DNA of 64,000 nt from Balamuthia mandrillaris (lineage: Eukaryota), in the NCBI GenBank assembly GCA_031835245.2, contig JAVKOQ020000047.1:124001-188000 (forward strand), written 5' to 3'. The position numbers were made by a program, and so were the translations under genes. Shown here in pieces: positions 63,779-64,000 of this stretch. The notes under the pieces are model-generated. The model was not told the DNA's origin, did no database searches, and was given only the letters and a program-made list of their open reading frames with translations. How positions within the stretch are numbered: the first letter of the stretch is position 1; the number at the start of each line of letters is the position of its first letter.

Positions 63779-63917
63779 AGCGTTGCTCCACGTATCCACG
63801 GTGGGCTGAAAGGCACTGTGAAGAACGCGTTATAGCTGTCCCAAGAGGAATTGTGAAGCTCAGCCGTGGTTGTGCTCCTGTTGTGAGTGCTGGCGGGCCG
63901 TTTTCGCATCAGAGCTG

Positions 63918-64000
63918 CTATTCTACTACCGTTTGCGTTTTCTCATCCGCATCCTCATCGCTTGGTATGAGAGCAGTTTCGCTGTACGTCTTCACCAAGT
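63918..64000 (-). CDS. 3' end of a gene entering from beyond the window, possible paralogue of 63281-63778
   Basis: LVKTYSETALIPSDEDADEKTQTVVE* resembles LVRTFSE at the end of the neighbouring ORF. Confidence 0.4.
   Translation of the reverse strand, partial: LVKTYSETALIPSDEDADEKTQTVVE

Overview
Gene-dense, intron-rich eukaryotic DNA, probably an amoebozoan. The short GT-AG introns packed with (TC)n/(TTC)n microsatellites and the gene content are reminiscent of Balamuthia/Acanthamoeba-type genomes; this taxon call is an inference. About 24 protein-coding loci can be assembled by manual splicing. Housekeeping genes: CCA-adding enzyme, Clu1/CluA, UBL-WLM protease, two SLC25 carriers, enoyl-CoA hydratase and the SPT subunit LCB1. 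There is a putative lipid-modifying trio (SAM methyltransferase, fatty-acid hydroxylase, HSL-family esterase). Six dispersed or tandem paralogues plus two relics belong to one type-I membrane protein family (signal peptide, beta-helix-like repeats built from symmetric phase-1 exons, Calx-beta-like domain, ComC-like supersandwich domain, TM). Highlights: (1) one spliced gene apparently fusing a TagF/CDP-glycerol glycerophosphotransferase-like GT-B domain to TTLL12; (2) the expanded modular surface-protein family, with a precise intron loss, a frameshifted copy and relics; (3) an atypical Rho-like GTPase with G12V, D57I and Q61G equivalents and no CAAX; (4) a zf-PARP + F-box protein; (5) clustered GTCGAC palindromes in promoter regions; (6) a hidden paralogue of a small PSI-domain membrane protein missed by the ORF track. 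No rRNA, tRNA, CRISPR or transposase was recognised. Gene boundaries are manual and no database searches were run.
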